64,000 nt of DNA from Halioglobus sp. (GCA_041396025.1 JAWKZL010000004.1:113116-177115); one strand, 5' to 3'. Counted from the first letter of the stretch, positions 19,302 to 29,234 are shown. Made by a program: numbers and translations. The notes: a model not told the origin generated them from the sequence alone.

Positions 19302-20030
19302 ATGAACAACGAGTGGCTGTCTTATGTGTGGCAACACTACAACATACTTGGTGCGGTACTGGCGCTTGCTGCAATTATCGGTATCACCGTGGTCGGCAAG
19401 CGGCTGTTGTTTAGCGTGCCCGCTCTGGGAGAAATGCGCGCCCTCAACAAGGAGAAGGACAAGCCGAAGTGGCAAACGGAAAAATACCCACCGGTTGTGC
19501 GTGCTACCCAGAAGGTCGGCATGTACTGCAATCTGGTATTTTTCTTCCTGCTGCTGCCATTTTGCATCACATTGAACGCGCAACCGGTGTGGAAAGTACT
19601 GTTGGATATTTTCATTATCCTGATGTTTTATGACTTTTTGTATTACCTGTCACACCGCTTCTGGTTTCACGGACAGGGTGCCATGCGTAAAGTACACGCC
19701 GTACATCACCAGGCGCGTAATCCAACCTATCTCGATGCGCACTATGTACATCCGCTGGAAACGTTTATCGGACTCGGGCTGTTTATTGGCTCAATAGTAT
19801 TTTTGGCAGCGATCATGGGCCCATTTCAGATTGTCACCATTGTTTTGACGTACCTGATCTTTACGCATATCAACCAGATTAATCACATTTACCTGGACCT
19901 GCCCTATTTCCCTTACAAGACGGTGAACTGGATTGTAGCGAAACATCACGTTCATCACGAAAACATGCACAAGGGTAACTACGCGACGATCACGCTGTTC
20001 TACGACAAAATTTTCGGCACACTCGACTGA
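19302..20030 (+). CDS. Sterol desaturase / fatty acid hydroxylase superfamily membrane di-iron enzyme
   Basis: His boxes HRFWFH, HAVHH, H..Q.NH and HHVHH; multiple TM helices. Confidence 0.92.
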   Translation: MNNEWLSYVWQHYNILGAVLALAAIIGITVVGKRLLFSVPALGEMRALNKEKDKPKWQTEKYPPVVRATQKVGMYCNLVFFFLLLPFCITLNAQPVWKVLLDIFIILMFYDFLYYLSHRFWFHGQGAMRKVHAVHHQARNPTYLDAHYVHPLETFIGLGLFIGSIVFLAAIMGPFQIVTIVLTYLIFTHINQINHIYLDLPYFPYKTVNWIVAKHHVHHENMHKGNYATITLFYDKIFGTLD

Positions 20031-20047
20031 TTAACGGGAGATAAAAA

Positions 20048-20434
20048 ATGAATGACGAGGAACGCCGCGCCCTGGGCGAGGCAACTATTAAAGATGTATA
20101 CGCCGGTGACGTTGTAGTGCCACCTGAGGGCTATGCCTTCAGCGATATTATGCTGAAGCAGTTATTCGCCGAATTATGGACACGTGAAACCTTGTCAATG
20201 CGCGACAAACGCATTTTGCTGCTTGGTATCATTGCAGAAAAAGGAGAGCCAACCACGTTCAAAATTCAGATCAAGGCATCGTTAAAGCGAGGAGAAATCA
20301 ACCCGGAGGAAGCTCGCGAACTACTGCTATTCATCGCCCAATACGCAGGCTATCCTCGCGCGGCTTCAATGCTGGGACCCCTGGAGCAAGCCATTGGCGA
20401 ATATGAGAAGGAAACGGCTGCCAGCCAAAGCTGA
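20048..20434 (+). CDS. Carboxymuconolactone decarboxylase family protein (Rv0771-like)
   Basis: LFAELWTRETLSMRDKR...EARELLLFIAQYAGYPRA; no AhpD CxxC. Confidence 0.88.
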   Translation: MNDEERRALGEATIKDVYAGDVVVPPEGYAFSDIMLKQLFAELWTRETLSMRDKRILLLGIIAEKGEPTTFKIQIKASLKRGEINPEEARELLLFIAQYAGYPRAASMLGPLEQAIGEYEKETAASQS

Positions 20435-20450
20435 CAGCCTATCTGCACCA

Positions 20451-23204
20451 TCACTTTCCAAGCTTCGCCAACAACGCTTTCGCCTCAGCCAACTCTGGAA
20501 AGTCCGGATTGGTAGCAAGCAGCTTTTCCAGTATGGCGCGCGCTGCTGACTTGTCGTCAAGAGCGGCGGCAATCATTGCACTGTGGTAAATCAAGGAAGG
20601 GTTTTCCGGTGATTTTTCCAGCGCACGCTCAATAGTGCGTTGCGCACGTGGGTAATCCTTGTTCAGGTATTCTATCACCGCCATCGTGTCCAGCACCTCA
20701 GCTGCATCCGGTGCAGCGGCAGCGGCCTGGCGCGCATACTCCAGCGCCTGTGCAGGGTCTTTTTCCCTCTCTAGCCATGCGATATTGTTGAGCGCGGTGA
20801 CATTTCTAGGTTCATCCTGCAAGATTTTTTTGTACTGGGTGACGGCTTCGTTCTCCTGCGCAGTCGCCAGCAGGTCATTGGCATAAGCCAAACGAGCAAC
20901 AACGTCATTTGGATTTTTCTCCAGCCAGGTAACATAGCGTTGCTGTGCACTCTTGTGTTCGCCTCCCGCCATCTCGTAATTAGCGAGCGACACGAGGGTA
21001 CCTGTAGATGGCGATAGCGAATACGCTTTTTCGGCGAGCTTTATTGCCTCACCCTGGTCACCTTTGCGTTGCGCTGCGGCGGCTTGTAACAACACGACAT
21101 CCGAGTTCTCCGGTGCCAGCTCGATCAGTTTTTTCAGCTGTGTCTCAAATTGTTCATTGTCGTTACTGGTAAGCGCAATTCTGGCCAGCGCGATTCTCGA
21201 AATAATATAGTTTTCATCCAGCGCAATCGCCCGATTCAACTCTTCGATCACTCGCGCCTGATCGCCATTACCTGCTGCCGCCATAGCCATTGCATGGCGG
21301 ATAGGAGCACTGTCGGGTGTGGATTTCAGTAGTTGCTCCAGCGTGTATTGCGCGGCACTGGAATCACGGGTCGACAGCTGTGCCATTGCGATAAGCGGGA
21401 GAACTTCCGGTGATTGCTGCTGCTTCATATCCAGATCAGTGAACAGCGGCGCAACCTGTTCGGGCTTGCCCTCGGACAGGTAGTATCGCGCCAGTAGTAA
21501 ACGCGGGTGCAGTGCAGTTGGATCAACTTTGCGCGCCTGTTCCAGATGGGCGACCATAGCCACTTTATCCGACTCCCGTGCATCCAGCAAAGCGAGTTGG
21601 ATCAGTGTTGGAGTGGAATCAGGGTGTCCTGCTAATGCAGTTTCGTAGCGCTTGCGGGCGGCTGCGACATCATTGCCTGCAAGCGCTATCTGTGCGAGAT
21701 AATGGTTCGCCGCCGGATCTGCTTTATCCAGTACCAGCGTTTCCTCAAATGCTGTCGCTGCTTTGTCATTATCGCCAGCATCCATGTAAACCTTGCCCAG
21801 CAGGTTATGTGCTGTCACCTCTTTCGGATGACGGCCTCTATAGGCCTCGGCGGCAGCAATTGCCGCTGCAGTGTCACCGTTCTGCAGGTGGTTGAATACC
21901 AGAAGGATATCGGCCAACTGGAATTGCGGGTCAAGCTCCAGTGCGGTTTCCATATGATGCACTGCGTCGTCATTCTTTCCCTCTATCAGCAGTCCGGCAC
22001 CGAGCCTGATCTGCGCACCGGCGGAGTCTGGTTGCAACTTCGCGACGTGTGCCAGCATCGCTATCGCTTCATCCATGCGTCCGGTTTTGAGTAAGGCATT
22101 GCTCATGAGATTGAGTGCATCCACATCATCAGGCAAGTTCTCCAGGACCGGTTGCAGCAGCGACAGCACAGCGCTGTAATTACCCTGTTGCAAGCGGATG
22201 GTCGCCAGCAATTTGCGTCCCTGCACGCTGCCTGGCGCCAAAGCGTAAAAACGCTCGGCCTGACTGGAGGCCATATCCGAGTTACCTTGCTTCAGATTGG
22301 CGCTGGCCAGAAAAAACAAGGCAAGCGGATATTGCTCGAATACCGGCTCTGCCAGGGACAGTGAGGCAATCGCGTCGGGATATCTGCCAGCCTGGAAATG
22401 CAACAGACCTTGTACGTAGTTTGCCTGTGGGCTGTTTTTTGACGCGACCAGCAGAGTCCTGGCATCGCGTTGCGCCGCTTGGTAATCAGCCAACTGCAGG
22501 TTTATCAATGCACGTTTGAACAGGTCATTCAAATTATTCTTACCCAGTTCTACCGCTTTACTGTATGCGCTCAGCGCACCATCAAAATCTTTCTGATATT
22601 GCAAAAGATCTCCGCGCAGGCTCCACGCCTGTGCATTGGATGCGTCGAGCTTTAGCAGTTCGTCGAGCGTTGCGCTGGCGCCCTCAACATCGCTGGTCGA
22701 GGCCTGCAGGCGCGCCTTGGCCAGCATCGCCTGGGTAGAATCCGGCGTAGCCACTAATGCCCTGTCTATCAACTCCTGCGCATTCCAGTTGTCGCCCTGC
22801 GCCAACGCCGCCTGGGACTGCATTGCGAGCACGGTGGCAAGGCCGGCTGTATTCAGGCCAGCGAGGCTCATATCCTGAACCTGTTGGTACTCCCCTTGCG
22901 CCAGCAGCGCTTCCGCCAACGCCGGCTTGATATCTTCCGCAGCACCACCGAGTTCTAACGCGCGCTGCAGCTCCTTGCGAGCTGACGGCATATCGCCCAT
23001 CGCCAGATACGACTTACCCAATAACCAACGCGCCTGTGAAGAGTCCGGTTGCAAGCGCAGTGCATTTTTCAGATCGATTGTCGCCGCGGCATAGTCAGAC
23101 TTTGAAATCGAAGTCTGTGCGCGCGCAAGGTAGTCCTCGACAGTGTCACTGCTGCAGGACACCACGAGCAGAAGAAGAAGGGATAAAAGTACCTGTTGCT
23201 TCAT
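20451..23204 (-). CDS. prsT: XrtA/PEP-CTERM system TPR lipoprotein PrsT
   Basis: Lipobox VVSC, IDLKNAL...ARWLLGK, about 900 aa of TPRs, LNNIAW...VLDT C-terminus; adjacent to a PEP-CTERM gene. Confidence 0.88.
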   Translation of the reverse strand: MKQQVLLSLLLLLVVSCSSDTVEDYLARAQTSISKSDYAAATIDLKNALRLQPDSSQARWLLGKSYLAMGDMPSARKELQRALELGGAAEDIKPALAEALLAQGEYQQVQDMSLAGLNTAGLATVLAMQSQAALAQGDNWNAQELIDRALVATPDSTQAMLAKARLQASTSDVEGASATLDELLKLDASNAQAWSLRGDLLQYQKDFDGALSAYSKAVELGKNNLNDLFKRALINLQLADYQAAQRDARTLLVASKNSPQANYVQGLLHFQAGRYPDAIASLSLAEPVFEQYPLALFFLASANLKQGNSDMASSQAERFYALAPGSVQGRKLLATIRLQQGNYSAVLSLLQPVLENLPDDVDALNLMSNALLKTGRMDEAIAMLAHVAKLQPDSAGAQIRLGAGLLIEGKNDDAVHHMETALELDPQFQLADILLVFNHLQNGDTAAAIAAAEAYRGRHPKEVTAHNLLGKVYMDAGDNDKAATAFEETLVLDKADPAANHYLAQIALAGNDVAAARKRYETALAGHPDSTPTLIQLALLDARESDKVAMVAHLEQARKVDPTALHPRLLLARYYLSEGKPEQVAPLFTDLDMKQQQSPEVLPLIAMAQLSTRDSSAAQYTLEQLLKSTPDSAPIRHAMAMAAAGNGDQARVIEELNRAIALDENYIISRIALARIALTSNDNEQFETQLKKLIELAPENSDVVLLQAAAAQRKGDQGEAIKLAEKAYSLSPSTGTLVSLANYEMAGGEHKSAQQRYVTWLEKNPNDVVARLAYANDLLATAQENEAVTQYKKILQDEPRNVTALNNIAWLEREKDPAQALEYARQAAAAAPDAAEVLDTMAVIEYLNKDYPRAQRTIERALEKSPENPSLIYHSAMIAAALDDKSAARAILEKLLATNPDFPELAEAKALLAKLGK

Positions 23205-23406
23205 AGACAGCACCCGCTGAAAAGCTTGGATTACCTCCAGGCAGACCACCACCCTGAAGCGTTTATTGAGGATAAACATACCACATTGGCCAGGGAAGGG
23301 AACTTGATGCGCGGTATTGAAGCAGTCATCAAATCGATTGCTCATTTTTACGGCGAAACCCTACTGATTAATCTATCAACAGGGCTATCGCAGTATCGGT
23401 ACCAAC

Positions 23407-23434
23407 AAAAAAGGCGACCGCGAGGGTCGCCTTT
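23407..23434 (-). terminator. Intrinsic terminator after the PEP-CTERM gene
   Basis: AAAAAA-GGCGACC-gcgag-GGTCGCC-TTT. Confidence 0.85.
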
Positions 23435-23453
23435 CGCACAGCTGCGTTAGAGA

Positions 23454-24332
23454 TCAGGCGTTGCGACGGCGACGCATGCCACCCAGCCCGGCCAGACCAA
23501 GACCTATCAGTGCAAGAATACCAGGCTCCGGCACATCATTCGGATCGGGATCTGGATCTGGATCTGGATCAATCACTACACGCTCGGTAGTTATGAGAGC
23601 GCCAAATTCAAACGTAGTCGTGGCTTTCTCTGGAGTAATAAATCCAAGGCACGGCTCGTTGCTGCCGGTGGCTGCCAGACAGGCGGCCGGAGACAGAGCG
23701 TTAAGGCCCGAAGTTGCTTCTACAAAACTCAGGAAGTATTCCTGTTCAGGATCACCACCAGCGCCATCCGTGTCATAGAAGAACGAGAAGTTCAGTGCGT
23801 CGCTACCGATTACGAAAATATCGCCGCAACCATTCGAATTCACGCCAGAATTGTTCGCACCCCCATTGGCACAAGGGTTATCGTTGTTTGGTGTTTCCAG
23901 AAAATCGATCAGGAACGTGGTCGAGGTCGCAGGCAATGCACCGAGTGGCGGAGTCAACGGTGTCAGTGTCAGTGCGATGGCTAATGAAACCTTATCCAGC
24001 GTGGCACCATTGATCGGATTGTTGGTATGCGTTAAAGAGACATTCGGCACGGGCGGCAGCGTTGTGCCAATGCCTGTGTTCACGACGGTGTCGATCGGTG
24101 AATTGGTGATATCCAGCCCGCTTTGGCCACCGGTACCCCAGCGCAGCCTCCGATCGCTGTTGCTGATGGTTACGCCGCCCGGGGCATTACCGTTTGAGTC
24201 AACGATGGTATCCGGCAGGAAGACTGCATCCACACCAACCGTCCACTGCGTGATAATTGCTGCATTTGCTCCACTGGCGGCCAAAGCCGTCAGGGCAAAC
24301 GCCACTGTCTTAATCTGCTTTCTGAAGTTCAT
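23454..24332 (-). CDS. THxN-family PEP-CTERM surface protein
   Basis: Signal peptide, SLTHTNNPI motif, FLETPN, (DP)n linker, VPEPGILALIGLGLAGLGGMRRRRNA; SD AGGAGA before ATG 24332. Confidence 0.92.
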   Translation of the reverse strand: MNFRKQIKTVAFALTALAASGANAAIITQWTVGVDAVFLPDTIVDSNGNAPGGVTISNSDRRLRWGTGGQSGLDITNSPIDTVVNTGIGTTLPPVPNVSLTHTNNPINGATLDKVSLAIALTLTPLTPPLGALPATSTTFLIDFLETPNNDNPCANGGANNSGVNSNGCGDIFVIGSDALNFSFFYDTDGAGGDPEQEYFLSFVEATSGLNALSPAACLAATGSNEPCLGFITPEKATTTFEFGALITTERVVIDPDPDPDPDPNDVPEPGILALIGLGLAGLGGMRRRRNA

Positions 24333-24416
24333 ACTCTGTCTCCTGATTCTTATTGCGGGTAGATCCCTTACGACCACCGAAAACATTGTGTCAATCAATG
24401 TTCCTTAACCAGTACA

Positions 24417-24434
24417 AAGCAAAAAAGGGGCCAA
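24417..24434 (-). promoter_or_regulatory. Sigma54 -24/-12 promoter of the PEP-CTERM gene
   Basis: Minus strand TTGGCCCCTTTTTTGCTT, with exact GG-N10-GC spacing. Confidence 0.8.
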
Positions 24435-24531
24435 CTGCATAAGTTGGATTTTTTTGATGATATATTTCAGTTAGTTACAATAGTTTTTTAATAATGATTG
24501 TTAACTATATGGAGACGCAATACAGCTTGCA

Positions 24532-24548
24532 TGTAAAAAATATGGACA
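24532..24548. promoter_or_regulatory. PrsR-type enhancer site TGT-N11-ACA
   Basis: TGTAAAAAATATGGACA about 100 bp upstream of the sigma54 site, with an AT-rich spacer between them. Confidence 0.75.
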
Positions 24549-24633
24549 GGAAAATCGAGTAGTGGAACGGCTTACACCGGGCGACCAACGGCTTTATCGA
24601 ACAATGCGTGGGAATTTGCCAGGGACGAAAAGC

Positions 24634-24666
24634 AAAACGCCCCCGGTAGGTAAAACTACCGGGGGC
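24634..24666 (-). terminator. Intrinsic terminator after the P450
   Basis: GCCCCCGGTAG-N6-CTACCGGGGGC stem with a T-tract on the minus strand. Confidence 0.8.
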
Positions 24667-24685
24667 ATCACTGTTCACATCAGGA

Positions 24686-25954
24686 TCAGGCGGCCTGTTC
24701 GGTGGCTTTTGATTCCGGATCAAAGGTAATGTGCATGCGCTTGATACCGTTTACCAGGTTGGATCGCGTGTAAGCGATGTCACCCACCAGCTTGGGATTA
24801 CGCAGGCGCGGAATAATCTCCTCGAACATGATGCGCATTTCCAATCGGGCCAGGTGAGTGCCGAGGCAGAAGTGCTGGCCGATACCAAAAGCGCGGTGCT
24901 GGTTGTACAGGTCGGGGATGCGCTCAGCGCGGCGTACATCAAACTGCATCGCATCCTCACCGAAGATGGTCTCATCGTGATTCACGGTGTGGTAGTGCAT
25001 GATAATCTTGTCGCCTTTCTTGATCTGGTGACCGGCGATCTCGGTATCTTCCATACAGGTGCGGCGCATCAGGGTGAAGGCCGTGTTGTAGCGCAACATC
25101 TCTTCACAGGCACCGGGAATCTTGTCAGGGTTATCCACCAGGTACTGTAACTGATCAGGATTTTCCATCAGCAGGCGCATACCCTGGGTGGTTACTGTGC
25201 GCGTAGATTCGTTGCCGGCAGCGATCAGCATCAGGAAGAACCAGACAAACTCTTCATCGCTGAGCCCATCGTCCTTACCGTTGCCTTCAATAAGCGCTCC
25301 GATAATGTCCTTTTTAGGCTCAGTCTTGTGCTGCTCCATCAACTTCATTGCGTATTCGATCACCTTGAAAGAGGCTGCTTCCGCCTCGGCCGGATCTGCA
25401 GCCATCTCCGGGTCCTGGTTGAACATCATTTTGTTTGTCCACTCGAAGAAATCCTTGCGATCCTCCGGAGGGATGCCGCACAGTTCAAGAATTGCCAGCA
25501 GTGGTAATTCGGCAGCGACTTCCTCCACAAATTCGCACTCTCCGCGACTTGCAACACGATCAACAATATTTTTGGCGTGCCGTCGGAAGCTCGGTTCATA
25601 AGAGTTAACCGCAGCAGGGGTGAAGGTAGCGCGCACAATTTTGCGCGACTTCATCTGGCCAGGCGGGTCCTGGTTGATGGTCATGTTGCGATGAATCAGA
25701 ACGAGTTCATCCTCGCTGTACTCCTCGGCCAGCGCGGAGCGGGCCTCGCTGGAGAACACTTTCGGATTCTTTGAAATTGCGTCAATTTCATCCCGGCCTG
25801 TGATCAGCCAGTACGGCACGCCCTGGTAGGAACCGTCCATATAATGCACAGGGCCGGATTTGCGAATTTCCGCCAGTGTTTCATACGGCATACCATTCAC
25901 GTAGGTTTCCGGGTCAATCAGATTGGGGAAATTGGCAAAGGGACATTGACTCAT
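24686..25954 (-). CDS. Cytochrome P450 (CYP125/142/124-like)
   Basis: FVEEVAAELPL, AAGNEST I-helix, EMLR, FGIGQHFCLG heme motif. Confidence 0.93.
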   Translation of the reverse strand: MSQCPFANFPNLIDPETYVNGMPYETLAEIRKSGPVHYMDGSYQGVPYWLITGRDEIDAISKNPKVFSSEARSALAEEYSEDELVLIHRNMTINQDPPGQMKSRKIVRATFTPAAVNSYEPSFRRHAKNIVDRVASRGECEFVEEVAAELPLLAILELCGIPPEDRKDFFEWTNKMMFNQDPEMAADPAEAEAASFKVIEYAMKLMEQHKTEPKKDIIGALIEGNGKDDGLSDEEFVWFFLMLIAAGNESTRTVTTQGMRLLMENPDQLQYLVDNPDKIPGACEEMLRYNTAFTLMRRTCMEDTEIAGHQIKKGDKIIMHYHTVNHDETIFGEDAMQFDVRRAERIPDLYNQHRAFGIGQHFCLGTHLARLEMRIMFEEIIPRLRNPKLVGDIAYTRSNLVNGIKRMHITFDPESKATEQAA

Positions 25955-26090
25955 CGTAATCGTCTCCAGAGTGACATTTGGTCAGATAGCTAGAGGCTAC
26001 TAGGCATTAGTTAAGCTGTCAAATGTGAATTTGGCAAAAGGACGATCCCCCTGCACAGCCATGCCTGTCTCGCAGTAAGGGGCCGCGCTG

Positions 26091-27698
26091 TTAGCGCTGC
26101 ACCTTAAATCCGGAGGCACGAGCATCCCACGTGGAAGGTGTGACACCCCGCTCGCGCAACAAGAATTTCTGCACTTTATTGGTCGGGGTATAGGGTAGCG
26201 AATCGACAAACTGTATGTAGCGCGGTACGAAAAAATACGGCGCATTGTCGTTGATGAACCGGGCAAGTTCGACAGCTGTCAACGACTGTCCCGGTTTGAG
26301 AATCACATCCAGCATGATCTCCTGCTCCGACTCCAGCTCTGCGCTTTGCACCCCAAATGCGGCGCAATCGGCAATTGCCGGGTGCCTGCGGGCCGCCAGT
26401 TCAACTTCGAATGTAGAGATATTACGGCCCTTGTAACGCACGGCGTCTTTCTTCCGGTCGGAGAAAAAATAGTAGCCCTCAGCGTTGCGTTTCAACATGT
26501 CACCTGTTTTGTACCAGGGCCCGTCAAATGCCGCTGCAGTAGCCTCCGGATTATCGAAATAGCCATTGAATATAAAATGCGGCCACAGCGGTTTAACCCA
26601 GAGCTCGCCCGCCTCACCGTCGGCAACATCCTGTCCGTCGTCTGCCACCAGCCGCGCTTCAAGACCCGGCACCAGACTGCCGCAACTGCCCGGCGGTTGT
26701 GTGCGCCCGGCAACCGGCGCAACCAGACGCATCGCCTCACTCTGGCCCAGACCCTGCGGCACAAGCGTAAGATTGAAGCGCTGGCAAAAAGGTTCTACTA
26801 CCGCAGGTGGCATAGGAATGGCCATCAGCTTGCGCAAACTGTGAGACGCATCATCGTCCCGCTCTGGTGCGTCCCACAGAAACATGTGCATGGCTCCGAG
26901 CGTAAAACACTGTGTAGCTTTATAGTGATCCACGCGCTGCCAGAACGTGGATACCGAAAAGCTCGGATCAATGGCCAGCGGTACCCCGGCAAACAACGCG
27001 CGAAAAATCGCAGTCACCCAGACAGCAGAGTTGTACATCGGCAACACAGTAAAGATGACATCATCTTCTGCGATGCCGTACTGGTGCGGCTCATTGACTG
27101 CCAGTGCAGCGTTGAACCAGACATTGTGGCTCTGCATCACCCCTTTGGATTTGCCGGTAGTACCTGAGGTCCACAACACCGCACACGTGTCGCCGGTACT
27201 CAGCGCTGACATATCCGGCTCCCCGGCCCCCGACACATAGAGTGAGCTGAGGCTGCGCGATCCGGCAAGGGACTCATGACCGCCGTGCATGACCACTGTG
27301 ACATCACTCAACGAGGGCTGAATCTCCTGCAATCTCTCCAGATGAGCTGCGTCGCTAACCAGTATCGTTGGTCTGCTGCCGTTAATCGTATCGAGCAACC
27401 AGGCGCCCTTGTAATCCGTATTCACCGGCACCCATACTGCGCCGAGTTTATTGGTCGCCAACACCAGGAAAATCACCTCGGGCGAGCTTCCCATGTAAAA
27501 CGCCAGACGGTCCCCTGCTTTCAAGCCTGCACTGGCCAGACCCGCAGCCAATTCGTTCACGCGCTGGTTGACCTCGGCGAAGGTATATACCTCATCGCCA
27601 AACAATATAAAGGGATGTTGGCCGTGCTGCTCAGCCTGAACCTGTATTGCCCGTCCCAGATGTCGTTCGCTGGGGTTTTCCAGGTGCAGAATATTCAT
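26091..27698 (-). CDS. Acyl-CoA ligase (CaiC/FadD17-like AMP-binding)
   Basis: WTSGTTGKSKG, GLGQSE, YKTGD, GRNISTFEVE, TPTNKVQK. Confidence 0.92.
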   Translation of the reverse strand: MNILHLENPSERHLGRAIQVQAEQHGQHPFILFGDEVYTFAEVNQRVNELAAGLASAGLKAGDRLAFYMGSSPEVIFLVLATNKLGAVWVPVNTDYKGAWLLDTINGSRPTILVSDAAHLERLQEIQPSLSDVTVVMHGGHESLAGSRSLSSLYVSGAGEPDMSALSTGDTCAVLWTSGTTGKSKGVMQSHNVWFNAALAVNEPHQYGIAEDDVIFTVLPMYNSAVWVTAIFRALFAGVPLAIDPSFSVSTFWQRVDHYKATQCFTLGAMHMFLWDAPERDDDASHSLRKLMAIPMPPAVVEPFCQRFNLTLVPQGLGQSEAMRLVAPVAGRTQPPGSCGSLVPGLEARLVADDGQDVADGEAGELWVKPLWPHFIFNGYFDNPEATAAAFDGPWYKTGDMLKRNAEGYYFFSDRKKDAVRYKGRNISTFEVELAARRHPAIADCAAFGVQSAELESEQEIMLDVILKPGQSLTAVELARFINDNAPYFFVPRYIQFVDSLPYTPTNKVQKFLLRERGVTPSTWDARASGFKVQR

Positions 27699-27761
27699 CA
27701 GTGTTAAAGCTTCCCGTTGGGCGGAATAATTAACGTTCTGCCCTGGCTGTTCCGCCAGATG

Positions 27762-29207
27762 TCAACTGCGAATCAGCTCCAAGGTTTCACGCAGACCGTG
27801 ACGGTCGATTACGAACATCGCGCCGGCATAGGCAACCGTGCCCAGCAATACCAGTTGTAATAAATATACCCACTGGCCAACGCTGCCATAAGCGAAGTTC
27901 TGAAGAAAATACACCGTGGCATACATTATCATCCCGGCAGCAACGGGCCTGGCCATCTGCCGCAAATAATCCACCACGCGCACCCCCACCACTGCACTGC
28001 TGCGATAGGCAGTAATGAAGAACACCAGCGGATACATACAGAGCCAGGCATAGGCTAATCCGATTACGCCCCAGTGTGTGCCGGCAAAAAATGCCAGAGG
28101 CATCAAAGTAGCGGCAATCAGGAAATTGGATGCACTAATTGCCGGATGCCCTGTGCCCCAAAGCAGTGGCGGAAATATATTGCTCAGCAGGCGAAATGGC
28201 ATAACCACACCGAGCAGTTGCAGCAAAGGGGCAGCCGGCAGCCACTTCTCGCCCAAAAGACAGGCAATGATTGGCTCTGCAGTACAGCTCATACCAAAAA
28301 ATACCGGGAACGCAGCAATCGCAAGAATCCGTGTCGCCTTCAGTAAGTACCCCTGTACAGTTACGGCATCGGTGTTTGCATGTGCATGGGAAAACGCCGG
28401 AAAGGCGACCGAATTCAGCAAGCCGCTGATTTTGTGAATCGGTAGCGATGCTAACTGACTTGCCACCGCATAATATCCCAGCAGTTGGTTGCCAAGAATT
28501 TTGCCGCCGATAAATTTGTCCGACTCGCTGAACACAAACCATAACCCACGATCGGTTGTGACGAACCCGCCAAACGCGAGGTAGCTGCGCATCCCGCGCA
28601 AGGAAAAGCTCGGCCACACGAGACACTTTGCAATCAGATTGAGGCCCAGCACACGTGTGGCGTTAGTCGCCAGCGCGCCCCAGATCAACGCCCATACGCC
28701 CTGTTCGTACAAGGCCAGCACCAACGTCACAAGACTGCCGATCACCAGCGTCACAAAATCGACTATAGAACGCTGTGCGAAGTCGATATCCCTTTCAAGC
28801 TTCGATTGCGGCAGGGTTTCAAAGATCAAAATGACAAATTGCAGCGACAATACCTGGAGGATGGATGTGAGTGTCGCCTCACCGTAGATCTCCGCGATGG
28901 TGCCGGCGCCAAACAACAGCAGCAGGAAAAAGAACGTATTAATCAGGATCACGATGCCAAACACTTTCCGGCGCAGGAACTCATCCAGCGCTTTCTCTTG
29001 CACCAGCACTGCATCCAGCCCCAGGGTGTTGAGCAACACCAGCAGCGAGACGACTACCATGGCCATAGCCATCAAACCGTAGTCGCCGGGTGACAGCAGG
29101 CGAATCACCACAATGGTGATGGCCCAAGACATCGCCTGCCCTAGAAAACGCGCAGCCGCGCTCCAGCGCAAAGCAGACATGACCTTGCTGCGAATATCCA
29201 TCGTCAA
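27762..29207 (-). CDS. Polysaccharide flippase (Wzx/PST family, WzxC-like)
   Basis: RLLSPGDYGL, LYEQGVWALI, DKFIGGK..G...LGYY..A; about 12 TM helices. Confidence 0.9.
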   Translation of the reverse strand: MTMDIRSKVMSALRWSAAARFLGQAMSWAITIVVIRLLSPGDYGLMAMAMVVVSLLVLLNTLGLDAVLVQEKALDEFLRRKVFGIVILINTFFFLLLLFGAGTIAEIYGEATLTSILQVLSLQFVILIFETLPQSKLERDIDFAQRSIVDFVTLVIGSLVTLVLALYEQGVWALIWGALATNATRVLGLNLIAKCLVWPSFSLRGMRSYLAFGGFVTTDRGLWFVFSESDKFIGGKILGNQLLGYYAVASQLASLPIHKISGLLNSVAFPAFSHAHANTDAVTVQGYLLKATRILAIAAFPVFFGMSCTAEPIIACLLGEKWLPAAPLLQLLGVVMPFRLLSNIFPPLLWGTGHPAISASNFLIAATLMPLAFFAGTHWGVIGLAYAWLCMYPLVFFITAYRSSAVVGVRVVDYLRQMARPVAAGMIMYATVYFLQNFAYGSVGQWVYLLQLVLLGTVAYAGAMFVIDRHGLRETLELIRS

Positions 29208-29234
29208 ACTCTCAGGCGAGACCTGCGTCTTTAA

